From Octopus vulgaris (lineage: Eukaryota), in assembly GCA_951406725.2 (NCBI GenBank), contig OX597842.1, forward strand, positions 16,926,001 through 16,990,000: a stretch of 64,000 bases of DNA, in the 5' to 3' direction. A model generated the notes under the pieces. It was given only the letters and a program-made list of their open reading frames with translations. It was not told where the DNA came from and did not search any database. Each line of letters begins with the position of its first letter. Within the stretch, counting starts at the first letter, position 1. Both the position numbers and the translations under genes were made by a program. Positions 13,901 to 27,519 of the stretch are shown one piece after another.

Positions 13901-14295
13901 AGATACCTGGCGAAAATGATGAAAATCTAAATAAAAGGCCGGACCTTAGTCCCCAAGTCTCGCTAGTGAAACAGAAAAAAAGGAGAAATAAATAGGAGAG
14001 AAATAGGTTTCTATGTGTCGTGTATATTTTATAGCAACACTCTTGCCACAAAATGAAAACGCTGCACAATATTCCATTGGAATTTAGAAGGAAAATTAGT
14101 CTGGATCTCGTTCTATCGTGAAACCCCGCCAAAGGAACTTGCTAACATAAAAAGATAGATTTTAAAAATAAAACAAACATCAGAAACTGAAATTAAACGT
14201 TTAAAAGAAAACACTAGTAATTATTGTAAAACAGCAACAAATATGTAGATTGGTTATTAAATGAGAATCATCTTGAAATTCTAAAAATTCATTAC

Positions 14296-14387
14296 CTTTT
14301 CAATAGGCATGTCTTCCCAGTACAAATAAATAGGGCTTTTCTTAAATGAGTTTTCGGTCATCTCAAATACTTTCTGCCAGTTTGTAC
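14296..14387 (-). CDS. Left gene coding exon 3
   Basis: gctgattcag|GT...AAG|gtaat, 92 nt, (S)TNWQKVFEMTENSFKKSPIYLYWEDMPIEK; same length and splice sites as 60934-61025. Confidence 0.88.
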
Positions 14388-14959
14388 CTGAATCAGCAAT
14401 AAAAAATGTAAGTATACAAACAAGATGTTAACCCTTCAACGGCGGAAAAGTGTTGCATGAATGTGTGTGACAAACGGACAATAATCGAAAAAATCTCTTT
14501 TTCATAAGGCTAATTTTTATATTTATTTTCATTAAATTAAGCACAAAAACTAAAATAATTGTTGGTCATAAACAAATGGAGAAGAATCGGTGCACTTTTT
14601 CCATCCAGAGCTAGTTGAAGCATTAGTATTTTCTGTATTATCTAAAACATCATTTTCAACATCATCTGCTTCATTTGATGATGAAAGAAAATAAGATAAA
14701 CACTTCTTCATCGCTGTTTAAATCATCTATTTACGACTTGATTTCTCCCATTGATAAGGGCCGCTTACGCTTAGGCGCATTTAATTTAGCATTCGCTCCA
14801 GCCTCAACTGATGACGGTCATATCTGTGTAAACTTTTTGTGACACCAATAAGATTTTAAAGAAAAAGTAGGTGCATTCCAGAAGTTTCCAGGATTTTTCA
14901 GGAAAGACATTTATTTATTTCAAAGAAAGCTGAGTGAACCGGTCCGATTCCTCGTTCCA

Positions 14960-15760
14960 CATCTCGCTCAGGATTGTGTTTGGTGGAAAGCACACTTTTA
15001 AGGCATGCAAAGTGATTAACTCGTTCCAGTTGTGTGCCCGAAATTATGATGTCAAAGTCCAGAAGGGCAGAATTCGGGATTGATTAGGCGAAGAACTGAG
15101 ATTTCTTAGAATTTACAGTGAGCTCAAAACGTTGATACGCAATGGGGAAATAACTGACAGATTGTTGCAGTTCTAAGCTTGAGTGACCGAATGACCACGT
15201 TGCCATCGACGAAGTGAAGTTCTGAGATTGGAACTGGAAAGATTCTTTGACCGAAACCTCACCAAGCTGAAGAGTCTTTCATGAAAACGATATCTGATAT
15301 CCTTTCCCAGCTTTTCCGAGGGAAGTTCATAGATCGTTGCAGCAATTATAGGGAGAAAAGCATAGTAGCGGGAACGAAAACATGTTTCAATCCAGATGTA
15401 ATTGGGAATTCTTCTGAGAGTCCATCACGATGAAGGAAACGCCCAGTCATACCATTGTATGATCAGGGAGAAGAAGTAATTGATCAAGGACCGTCCATAT
15501 AGCTGGTCTTGGTACTCTATCAAAATTCTTTTGCAGATCATAAAAGATAAGGAAAATACGGTTTTGTTGTTCTCGATATGTGTTTGGAATTGTCTGGCGC
15601 AGATCAAGACTATGGTTCCAAGTAATGCTCGGAAAACATACTGGGATTCTGGAAGGATTCGTTCTGCGATGACGTGGACACCGTTCAAGGGTATTTGAGC
15701 AAAGGTCTTTCGTAAAATAATAAGTAGCGAGATTACACGATTTTCTATCTCCTTTCTTGA
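14960..15760 (-). mobile_element. Degraded RTE LINE fragment
   Basis: ILPESQ..FR and ARQFQ motifs, homologous to the RT at 19847-21142. Confidence 0.6.
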
Positions 15761-15889
15761 ATATACTGATTATGAGAGCACTAAGGGCGTGAGGTCGTCA
15801 ATGTCTCGTGTATGAGTCTACGTATGAATATAGCTTCCTTAATTCTTAAATTACCCACATTTCTTTCACTGGCTCAATTGTTGACTGTT

Positions 15890-16115
15890 ATGTTTTTTTC
15901 GGTGTTCCGGCATCTTTTCTGAAGGAGGAGGCTATCGTGTTCAGATGTTCTTTGATGCGGACGTGTAACGGTATTCTTGTGCTACCGACATAGAACTTGT
16001 TGCATTTGTTACATTGTATTCTATACACAACATTTACCCGTTGGCATAAATCTATGTCACGGATGGGACAGTTTGTTAGTGTGCATTGATTGTTGTCCCT
16101 TGTTCGTTTCTTTGC
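15890..16115 (-). mobile_element. Penelope-like GIY-YIG endonuclease fragment
   Basis: NVVYRIQCNKCNKFYVGSTRIPLHVRIKEH. Confidence 0.75.
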
Positions 16116-16172
16116 GAGCATACATACGTAAAACATACAAATCTGCGCATAGATACATACATACATACATAA

Positions 16173-16217
<45 letters not shown>

Positions 16218-16298
16218 TGCGTTTGTAGAACAATTGGTATAATGATTAAAATATACAGAAATTAGAAACAATTTGCCAGAAAATTGTGATTTACATAC

Positions 16299-16631
16299 TG
16301 TTTCCGGAAAGTAAAATATACGATAAACATGTGCAATCCTGATCTTTAATTTCTTCGTTGTAAAGCAATCGATGCATATAACACGGGCCATTACAATAGC
16401 TAAAATATTGGCACTCATCGCTGGAAATACACAGACTTGCACATTCTAAACGAGATGACGCGGTTTTTGTAGTTTTATTCTGATCAATTAAGCATTTTGA
16501 TGTTGTGGTTTTTTTGAAGTGAACATCTCTATACGTTGGTTCTCCGGCACTTACAAGAGTCACGAAAAGCAAAAGTGTCAAAGCTGGCAGCAGAAGAGGA
16601 ATCGAATGGTACTGAATTGTTGTCTCCATTC
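16299..16631 (-). CDS. Left gene coding exon 2: signal peptide + PAN/apple-like domain
   Basis: ttttcag|GA ATG...AAC A|gtatgt; hydrophobic LLLPALTLLLFVTLVSA leader; ECASLC...DECQYFSYC pattern with 8 Cys; paralog at 60082-60411. Confidence 0.9.
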
Positions 16632-16689
16632 CTGAAAAATATACAAGTATACATACTTACATACATAAATACATATATCTAAATATATG

Positions 16690-16978
16690 TGACCGACCAG
16701 ACCATCAGATGTTGTTACACATCGCTGGTCACAATGCGTTCGCATTGTTTTAGCCTTCAAATGACGCCACCCCGCTGGCTAAGCGAGCAGGCCAACAGAA
16801 GAAAGAGTGGGATAAAGAGTGGTGAAAGAGTACAGCAGGGATCACCACCGCCTGCCGGAGCCTCGTGAAGCTTTTAAGTGTTTCCGCTCAATAAGCACTC
16901 ACAACGCTCGTTCTGGGAATCGAAACCGCGATCCTGCGACCGTGAGTTCGCTGCCCTAACCACTAGACCATTGCACCT

Positions 16979-16981
<3 letters not shown>
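16690..16981 (-). mobile_element. SINE family C (tRNA-like head)
   Basis: Reverse complement of GTGGAGGTGCAATGGTCTAGTGGTTAGGGCAGCG...GGTTTCGATTCCC (A and B boxes). Confidence 0.8.
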
Positions 16982-17032
<51 letters not shown>

Positions 17033-17113
17033 CACACACACACACACACACACCCATATATATATATATATATATATATTGTATCTGAAGTCAATTCCAA
17101 TAGAATTAAGTTT

Positions 17114-17800
17114 ATGTCAAGTAACTCTAAGATTAAAAATTCTATATACCAGTGTATAATCAGTGCTCATAATAAAGTACGATTTTACATTGGAAGCACA
17201 TCGTTAGAGTTGTCTAAAAGAATTTCTATCCATTACACAACAGTTAGGGATAGAAATAAACGTAATAGTACCGGTCTCAGCAAACTGATTTGTGATTTAA
17301 AAGACCACAATGAACAATTTCATTTAGAATGGTTGATTCTCTCAATTTCAATACCCTATTACAAAGGCAAGGAATTTCTGTCTTCTCAATTCTGAGCTAT
17401 TTTTCAATATTTTTTCTAAAAATACTCTAGAAAACACGGTTATAGAGCGAGCATGCAGATGTACGCTTTGGCAAAACACACATTTAGTGCATATAAGTAG
17501 TCTCTATAATTATATATAATTTAAACTTTAATTTCCTTTATATTTAACATTCACTATTAACATCCATACTGTTTCTGTTAGCTACTTATGACGTTATATC
17601 ATGTAACGTTTTTTTTAAACAATATTAATAGCGTTCTGTCAATCGCTATACAAATCCATCAATTTTTGCTAAAATGTCGTATTGATGAGTTTCGTTTTTT
17701 TCACTTTTCCGAAGAGAAGATTGCATTGTTTATACCATTTATTCTTTTGAATAGTATCAGTGGAAGTTTCGAAACATGTGTCGCAAGTAAAAATATTTCA
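17114..17800 (+). mobile_element. Penelope-like 3' fragment (GIY-YIG + degenerate hammerhead)
   Basis: SIYQC...FYIGST...RISIH...LSKLICDLK...LEW; downstream TTGATGA (17682) ... GAAACATGTGTC (17771). Confidence 0.65.
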
Positions 17801-17908
17801 TTTATACCTGCGTTAAACTCCATTTATTTATTCATATATTGTTCAAAATATTCTACGTAAAAACCAAGTTTCTACCCTTATAAACAAGGAGTTACAACAT
17901 GTTTACTT

Positions 17909-18014
<106 letters not shown>

Positions 18015-18259
18015 GTATGTATATATACATATATACATATATTTACATTAATATATATATATACATACTCATACATATATATACACACATATATAATATA
18101 CATTTATATACATATATATACATTTATATACATATATGTATATATATAGTTATATACATATATACAGTTATATATATATATATACATATATATACATCTA
18201 TATACATACATATATATATTCATTAATATACATGTGTGTGTGTGTATAGACATGATGAT

Positions 18260-18880
18260 ACATGATGGCCGTCCACTCGTGACCGTGGTAGACCATTGCT
18301 GACCTTCAGGAACATTGTGCACTCTAGGACTAACTTATATTTTGCACTTGCAGCTCTGTTGGTTGACATTCATACACGACTGCAAACATTACAGACCAAG
18401 CTTTCCCCAATCACTACACCAGCCATGCGTTTTCGAGCAGCTCGTTTAAATCCTTCATGCTGAATACGTGCTCTCTCAAAGGTGCCGACCCCTTCCTTAA
18501 CCTTTTTCCTTCATCTGTGGCAATGACAGGCATTGCTCTCCCAGTCTTTCTCCTGCATATCACAAGCCTTTAATGAGGACTTGACACAGTCATTAAATCA
18601 CAGCCTTTTTCCGCTCACAAGTTCCCCGTATAGCATTTGTTTAGATATCCTGCTATCCTTCATTCTAATAAGGTGTCCAGTCCAACGTAACCAGGGCTTA
18701 TACATCGTCGCCTCAATCCCCAGGACATCAGCTTTCCTCAAGATCTGTGTGCCTGCAGTTTTTAAGGTCCAGCCAACATTCAGAATGTGTCTCAGACATC
18801 TTTGATCAAAGCGTTCAAGGACCCTTACATGACGTTTGTAATGGTTCCATGTCTCACATGAGTAAAGGAGCGATGTTAGT
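18260..18880 (-). mobile_element. RTE LINE 3' fragment
   Basis: LLYSCETW...RFDQRCLRHIL...LRWTGHLIRM...KQMLYGEL. Confidence 0.8.
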
Positions 18881-19016
18881 ATACATGCAAGGAATAGGGA
18901 TGTGTATGTACCTACATACATACGTATATACATACATACATACATACATACATACATACATACATACATACATACATACATACATTAATACATACATACA
19001 TACATACACACACACA

Positions 19017-19050
<34 letters not shown>

Positions 19051-19502
19051 CATACATACATACATTCATACATACATTCATACATACATACATACATACA
19101 TATATTCATACATACATACATACATTCATACATACATTCATACATACATACATACATACATACATACATACATACATACATACATAAACACACATATTCT
19201 AAGATTATTGATCGCTTTTATTTGCCTTTTTTAAGGGAAGCTACTTTCAAATATATATTTTCTTATCTTAAGAATTACCTCCCAGGACACATACCTTAAA
19301 CCACTTCATTATTGTATTTACTAAATAGATTTTATTGATGATTGCTTACTCCTTTCAGTCATTTAAATACAGCCACGCTGGAGCACCACAGTGATGTGAT
19401 TAGTCCAACAGACCGACACCAGTATTTCTCTTTCTCGAGAATACCACTTATTCCGCCGAACTGCTATGTTACAGGAACCTAGACATAGCAAAAACAAATG
19501 TT

Positions 19503-19596
<94 letters not shown>

Positions 19597-19599
<3 letters not shown>

Positions 19600-22500
19600 G
19601 TTCGTCCTTCGGGTTCGAAGATGATCACTGACATCATCTGGTGGAACTGCCGCTATGAGACCGGAGGTGGCTGGTGAGGCCAATCCGGGCAAGGAAGCCC
19701 CTCCCACAGGTGGGGCAGAAGTGGATAGGGGCCGTGCTACTGGTGCAGGCGGCTCTGGCTTTCCGCATCTGGCGTTTCTGCTCTGCTGACCGAATCCGTC
19801 CTTCCTCGGCTGTCCCTGCTCCTGTGGTGATTGCGCTGCGCCAGGATTAGCGGTCGGCAGCAAGTGTCTCCCAAGTCTCTGTGCCGATGGAGAAGTCTTT
19901 GAGAGAGACCTTGAGACTGTCCTTGAAGCGCTTCTTCTGCCCTCCGACTTTGCGTTTGCCCTGGCTGAGTTCACCGTAGAAGAGCTGTTTTGGGATGCGA
20001 GTGTCGGACATGCGGGAGACGTGGCCCGCCCATCTCAGCTGGGCCTTGCGCATGATCGTGATGGTGCTAGGGAGATCTGCCTGCTCCAGAACTTCCGTGT
20101 CTGGGACTTTGTCCTGCCAGCGGATGTGAAGGAGGTTCCGAAGACACCTGAGGTGGAAGTGGTTTATCTGGCGCTCGTGCCTTCGGTAAGCAGTCCACGT
20201 CTCGCAGCCGTATAGTAGGGTGGTAAGCACGACTGCCCGGTAGACTTTCAGCTTGGTGTTGAGGCTGATTCCTCTCCGCTCCCAGACTTTCTTTCGCAGT
20301 CTCCCAAACGCGCTGCTTGCCTTGGGGATTCTGTTGATGATTTCAGCATCTATGTTGGCATTGCAGGAGAGAGTGCTGCCCAGGTAGGTGAAGTTTTCCA
20401 CCGCTCGTAGGATCCGTCTGTTCACCTTTATCTGAGGCTCATGGTATTGTTTGCCGGGGGCTGGCTGAAACATCACTTCGGTTTTCTTGACACTGATGGT
20501 GAGACCGAAGTTGTCACAGGCTGATGAGAACCTGTCCATCCCGAGCTGCATCTCCTGCTCATCGATTGCATTAAGGGCGCAGTCGTCAGCAAAGAGAAAG
20601 TGTCTGACGACTGTCTCCCTTACCTTTGTGACAGCCTGCAATCTTCTGGAGTTGAAAAGTTTCCCGTCTGTCCTGTACTTGATGTCGATACCGGACTTGC
20701 AGTCCCTGAAGGCGTCGGACAGCATTGCCGAGAACATGATGCTGAACAGTGTTGGGGCCAGGACACAGCCCTGCCTGACTCCGTTGGTCACCTGGAAGGC
20801 TTCAGATGAGTTGCCGTCTTCAAGGACTCTGGCTGTCATTCCGTCGTGGAATTGGCGGACAATTGCAATAAATTTGCTGGGGCAACCAAATTTTCCCATG
20901 ACCTTCCATAGTCCCTCCCGACTGACTGTATCGAAAGCCTTGGTGAGGTCAACAAAGGTCATGCATAGGTCAAGGTGCTGCTCCATGCATTTCTCCTGGA
21001 GCTGGCGGGCGGCGAATATCATGTCAGTGGTCCCTCGACCCGCGCGGAAGCCACACTGGCTCTCAGGGAGAAGGCCTTGCTCCAAGTGTTCCAGAAGGCG
21101 GTCAAGCAGGACTCGGGCCAGGATCTTGCCTGCTATGGACAAGAGGGAGATCCCTCGGTGGTTGTCGGTGGATCTCCTTTCCGCTTATAAATGTGGACGA
21201 TTGTTGCGTCCCGGAAATCTTGAGGGAGTTGTTCCCTGTCCCACATCGACTGGAACAGGCTGGTGAGCTGACTGATCATGGTGGGGCCGCCCGACTTGAA
21301 CACCTCTGCAGGGATGGCGTCAGAGCCTGGAGCTTTGCCGGTGGACATTTTTTTGATGGCTCTGCTCACTTCCTCGACTGCAGGGGGAACAGCCAGCTCG
21401 TGGTTTGTCGGCACCTGGGGGAGTCGTGCGATGGCTTCCTCGTTGATCTGGACTGGTCGGTTGAGCACGATGTTGAAATGCTCCGCCCATCTCTCCAGGA
21501 TCAGCTTCTTGTTAGTCAGGAGTGAGGTTCCATCCGAGCTGAGCAGGGGGGTTGATCCAAAGGAGAACTGCGGTCCATAGACAGCTTTCAGCGCCTCGTA
21601 GAATTTCTTGGTGTCGTGTTTGTCTGCGTATCCCTGAATCTCATCCGCCTTGGCGCTTAACCATGCGTCTTGCATGAGGCGGAGTTTTGCCTGGACTGTG
21701 CTGCGAATGTTGTTGAAAGCAGCCTTCTTTGCCGTGCAGGTGGTGTCATTTTGGTGAGCCCGCAGCAGACGGCGTTTCTCTTCCAGGAGCTTTTGGATTT
21801 CCTGGTCGTTTTCGTCGAACCAGTCCCGGTGGTTCCTCGTAACTTGGCCTAGAGTTTCAAGGGCGATGGAATGAACCGTGTCCCTGAATGATTCCCACTG
21901 CTCATCGATGCTGGACTGGTCATTCCGAATGTCCAACAGCTTGCTGTCCATACGTGACTGGAGATCTTGTGCAGTTAGCTGGTTCTTTAATTTCGTGATG
22001 TTAAGCTTCCTCGTCACTTTCTGACCCTGTGGTCTTCTCTTAGGTCGGATGCAGAAATCCATCCTGGAAATGATGAGGCGATGGGCCGTCCAGCAATCAG
22101 CTCCGCACATGGCTTTGACTAGTCTCACGTCCCGCCTGTCTTTCGCCCTGACGATGACGTAATCTATCAGATGCCAGTGTTTGGAGCGTGGATGCATCCA
22201 TGATGTCTTGTTGCGTGTTGGCAGACGGAACAAGGTGTTGGCGATGGTAAGATCATGAGAGGCACACGCACGCAGGAGGAACTGCCCGTTGTTGTTGCAC
22301 TTTCCGATTCCTTGCTTTCCAAGCACGCGATGCCAGGCTTGGTGGTCAGTCCCGACACGGGCGTTAAAATCCCCAAAGGGGATGAGCTTCCCAGGCTGGG
22401 CTGACGTGATGAGGGAGTCGAGTTCTTCATAGAACCTGTCCTTAACTTCTTCAGGGTTGGTCATGGTGGGGGCGTAAGCGCTGATGATGGTCGCACTAGT

Positions 22501-23551
22501 CTTGTTTCCAAGTGGGAGCTGCATCTTCATCAGCCGATCGTTGATAACCTCGGGGGAGCTTTCCAGTTTCCGCACGTGTACTGACTTGATGGCAAAACCA
22601 ACACCAGCCTCACGACGCTCTTCGCTGCTGCGACCACTCCAAAAGAAAGTGTAGCCGCCGCTTGTCTCTCTGTCAGCTGGCCTTTGTCCGCAAGGCAGGT
22701 CTCGCTCAGTGCTGCGATATCGACATTGTATCGGCTCAGTTCTCTGGCCACCAGGGCAGTTCGTCTCTCTGGTCTGTCCACTTTGGTGTTGTCAAGCAGA
22801 GTTCTCACGTTCCAAGTTGCGAAAGTGAGCACCTTTGTTTGTTTTCTTTCTTTGTTTCGACCGCTTGGAAAGGAACACCGCCAGCCGCGGTTTGCTGACC
22901 AGGGTGAGGTGAGGCAGGCTAAGTTTAGGGCAACCTTTTCTAGCCCCGTCCTCATGCTGGGGAGGCGAGCAGAGCGATCCTGAAGAGAGCTGCTCGGTCA
23001 CTCAGGAGGCTGCCGGACTCCACTGATGCCTCAGTTCAGTGAGGGGCGACCACATGTCCTGAGCCGCCTGTGTGTGGGTTCACGACTGCAGCTCCCAGTG
23101 TATCCTCACCTGCTACTTCGCCGTTTCCCCATCGCCACAGGACTTTGTGATGGTGTCATGATGTCATGACATGCGCGTGACTTGGATTATAGTGAGGGTG
23201 ACTTGCGCAGGATCAGCCTCACTCTCTCGTCCTGGTGCGCCGGATCCAGTGGCAAGACAAAGTCAAGACGGCTGGGGGTAGACCAGGATGCAGGAGCTGC
23301 CGGAAGGTGGCACGCATGGGCACAATCCAACCGCCTTAGGGGCTCCACTCCGGATTTTGGATGGCCATTGACGCATGAGAGAGTTCCTCTGCCCTTTGAC
23401 AGGTTTTGTTTTTAGTCCTGCTGGGTGTCCAAATCACCCTCTTCACCAAGAAATCTTGGTGGGGTTGCCAGTTTAGTCTCCAACGACCCGACCATGTAAC
23501 AGGTTGTACTGGGTTACATGTTACCAGTAGCTCCAAGCGGAGATCTGACAC
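19597..23551 (-). mobile_element. Near full-length RTE-clade (BovB-like) LINE: APE + RT with a few frameshifts
   Basis: ORF pieces 22530-22955 (ATWNVRTL, ALSET), 21133-22575 (SAYAPT, GDFNAR, IDY, KAPGSD) and 19847-21142 (ESQCGFR, FVDLTKAFD, RQGCVLAP, FADD, YLGS); GC-rich; ~600-bp 5' UTR. Confidence 0.95.
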
Positions 23552-23631
<80 letters not shown>

Positions 23632-23639
23632 GCGAGAAT

Positions 23640-26186
23640 GAAGCAACAAGAATGGATAGGTTTTTAGTACAATCGTTTCATACAAGGACAGGTTTTATTA
23701 AAAGTTGCAAAAATTACAGCATATAAACGTGTCCCGTACTCATCAGCTAAAATACATGTGAGTTCTCTAGACATCCTAGTGGTTGAGGCTATACTCATGA
23801 AGTAATGTAGATAATTAAGTAACATAAACAGATTTCAAAAGTTCATTAAAGTTCTTTAAAGTTCTTTAAAGATGATGTACAGTCTTATCACAGAATTTTA
23901 AAAAAAGTCTTAATAGCATCACAGAGGAGGTGACCTAATCCATAGTGCACATATGAATTTCCAGAGATATAATGAGGGATTACATACTCACAGAAGACAA
24001 ATTTATCCATTGTTAATTACAACGAGGTGGGTTTCAATTCCTGCTTATTAGCATTACAGAGAGGGTGAATTAATCCTTTGTATAGATGCACAATTTCCAA
24101 TGGTGTAGATGTAAATTTCCCAGGAATTTCATATTCACAGGCGATAAATTAATCAATGGTTGAACACAATGAGGTAGGTATCAATTCTTGTTATATGATT
24201 AGGTATTTGCCACATTAATCACATTACTGCTATTTACAAGAGGCTGTAGCTATTTAACTTTTAAAGGCTGAAGGGCTTTCTAGAGCTGTATAGAATAGAA
24301 AAGGGAGGGGAATAGAAGAAAAGAGAGAAAATAAAGGAGGAGGGAGCAAAAAGGGGGGGAAGGGGGACTCAAAGAGAAGAGAAAAGAAAAAGAGAATAAG
24401 AAGAAGAAAAAGAAAAAAGAGAAAAGAGAAAGAAATAGGGAAGGAAGGGAAAAAAGAAAAAAGAGGAAAGAAGAAAGAAAAAGAAAAAAAAGAGGGTTCT
24501 AGTTATACAGAAGAATTAGTAGACGGCAAGTCTGGTTTTAATTTACAGGCATCTAGGAATTATAGGAGAATATTATTCTTTGACCAGTAAAACAGCTAAT
24601 TTATTGCTGTTGGAATCAGCTATGAATTTAAAGAGAATCTAAAGAGATAACACAGTTAGGGGTTTAGAGGTCAGATGCTAAAATCACCAGAAAATACATT
24701 AGGAAAAACTAGGTATAATCTTATCAAAAGGTCATTAAAATTTACTTATTTAATTTATTCATTTTATTGTCTTAAGGAGTTGCCGTTATTATTCATACAT
24801 TGACGGACTACAGGTCAAATCTTAGAAGATCATTTAAAAGGTGTTAGGGGATTGTCTATCATAATGAAGATAATCATATTATCACCGAGGGAATAGCCTT
24901 ATTTATTTAATTTTGAAATAGAATTATGGGTCTATAGTAACTCAATCCAATTAATTAGAGTTATGCTAATTTAATTAGATTGAGTTAGGAATTAAAATTA
25001 AAAATTACAATTAAGATTTAAAATTAAGAATTTAAAAATTGTGAGTTTGAAATTAAATAAAGCCTCAATTAAGCAGCGAATGAGTGCTATTCATTTCCCT
25101 GTTCTCAAAAAACTGATGCAGATATAAGGAAAAAGATAACTGTAGTGTGAGAACTCTTAGTTATCTACTTAAAGCAGTGCTATACCAGTAGAAATCAAGT
25201 TATATCTATCTATCTAGTTAAGAATATTCTAATCATTTAAAATATTTTAAAGTCTTCAATTTAGCGTGGACACAAACTTGACCAAGTTCGATATGGTTAT
25301 TCAATAGGTTTCTATGTTTTCTATGCTTTAGAATTTCATATGTCTCCATGGAGCATAGTTGACAACCAACCCTACTATTTTTATACGGAATTGCTCTCCT
25401 AACTATTTCCCAATTAAGGTTATAATTTTTATTATTATTTTTGAGTTCCCAGATTTTGTTTGAAAGTGTGGTGGTACCAGCTTTATGACGTAATTTAAAA
25501 GTCGAGATGTGATTTCTAACTCTAGCTAAAAAATTAATTGTACATCCAATGTAACAATATTTGTTATTCTCCGTGGATATGGTACATTTATAGATTACAT
25601 TATTTTCCCCACATAGACCAGGTGCCGGGCATTTTGATTTTATTCTACACTTACACACAGGAGGAACACCTTCAGGCTTTGGATTATTCTTGGGTAGATG
25701 TTTTAGGTTCCTATTATTTTGGTTATCATTTCTATAGTTGGTGCTGATATCTAAAGTATTGCTATTATTTCTTGATCCTTCTGTTTCATCATTTAGCTCT
25801 AAAGTCCTACCATGATTTCTTATATTATTGGTAATGTTAATATTATCGCTAGTCTTTTTATCCGACTGCATATTGTTGTTATAGATATCACTAATATTTT
25901 CATTCTCCTTATTTTCTCTATTATCCCTATTTCTATTATTTCTATTATTAACATTATTACTTCTATTAATATCGGCATTGCTATTATTACTATTAATGTT
26001 AATGTTATTAGTCATTCTGTGGTTATTAATTTCACCTATGTTTTGATAGTTACTATTGCTGTTTTTATTGTTGGTAGTATTATTACAATTGCTATTGGTA
26101 TTCATGCTGATATTATTATTTTTATTTCTATCTTTCCTGGCTAGTTTAATGTTGTTATTATTAATCTTAGCTATTAAAGTGGACAT
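23640..26186 (-). mobile_element. 5'-truncated Penelope-like element: Asn-rich linker + GIY-YIG, long 3' region ending in a hammerhead
   Basis: ORF 25233-26186 contains CKC..CP...C..NVIYKC...YIGCT...R..NH..TF...LSNKIWELK...WEIV...CQLC; hammerhead at 23662-23752. Confidence 0.8.
23662..23752 (-). ncRNA. Minimal type I hammerhead ribozyme
   Basis: TTTTAG-CTGATGA-GTACGGGACA...TGTCCTTGTAT-GAAA-C-GATT-G-TA-CTAAAA: stems I and II pair, core intact, GUA cleavage triplet. Confidence 0.8.
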
Positions 26187-26305
26187 ATATATATATATAT
26201 ATATATATATGCGTGTATGTGTGCGTGTTCTTATATATATATCTATATCTCTATCTCTATCTACCTATCTATCTACACACAGATTGTGTGTGTGTCTGCG
26301 TGTGA

Positions 26306-26337
<32 letters not shown>

Positions 26338-26377
26338 GTATATATGTATATATATATATATATATATACATATATAC

Positions 26378-26409
<32 letters not shown>

Positions 26410-26418
26410 TCACACGCA

Positions 26419-26505
<87 letters not shown>

Positions 26506-26949
26506 CCCCTCATAACGTTTTTTTCATTTTGGGGAATTTTAAAATAATTTTGGCGTATTTATATTCTATACACGGAAATTCATCCGATTAACCAAAAACG
26601 AAAGAAAAAATATTTTTGTGCACGATTTAAGGCCTGATTAGCTGTTATTTTTGTCAACTTTAACCACCACCTCATATGTCATATGTTTTAAAGCGTTCAA
26701 GAATAACCTTCTTGAATACATTGAAAAATACGAAAAGAAATGAGTCAATGAATGAGGAAAGAATTGTAGACAGGGATGTGGATTCAAATCATTAAAAGAA
26801 CCAAAAAGTCGTTCATAAGTTTTGAAGAAATTGTAAAAACAGAGAAAGTGAAAGTGAAAGCAAAAGAAACATCCGTTTGGAGATTTAAGGTAATGAACAG
26901 ACTAAGTCGCTTGAGACCTTTCTGAGAGAAATCAGAAAAGTCTTTCATT

Positions 26950-27382
26950 TACTCTTTTACTCTTTTACTCTTTTACTTGTTTCAGTCATTTGACTGCGGC
27001 CATGCTGGAGCACCGCCTTTAGCCAAGCAAATCGACCCCAGGACTAATGCTTTGTAAGCCTAGTACTTATTCCATGGGTCTCTTTTGCCGAACCGCTATG
27101 TTACGGTGACATAAACACACCAGCATCGGTTGTCAAGCGATGTTGGGAGGACAAACACAGACACACGCACACACAGACACACGCACACACAGACACAAAC
27201 ATATATATATACATATATACGAAGGGATTCTTTGAGTTACCCTCTACCAAATCCTCTCACAAGGCTTTAGTCAGCCCGAGGTATAGCAGAAGACACTGGC
27301 CCAGGGTGTCACGCAGTGGGATTGAACCCGGAACTGTGAGGCTGGTAAGCAAGCTACTTACCACACAGCCACTACTACGCCT
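26950..27382 (-). mobile_element. SINE family A, full length
   Basis: Head at 27382, internal microsatellite, (AGTAAAAG)n tail at ~26950. Confidence 0.85.
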
Positions 27383-27519
27383 ATAATTGTTTAATAATTA
27401 TTATTATTAAATGAAATACCTAAAGTTATATTTGTTATTCAACAGCACCGTAATTATTACCCTAGGAATCATTACCCTATTTATATTTCATATTCATTTA
27501 TTTGAAATCTATCCAAATT

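Noticed and set aside
19363-21266. ORFs 19363-19974(-) and 20487-21266(+)
   Set aside because: Alternative-frame or antisense shadows of the GC-rich RTE element
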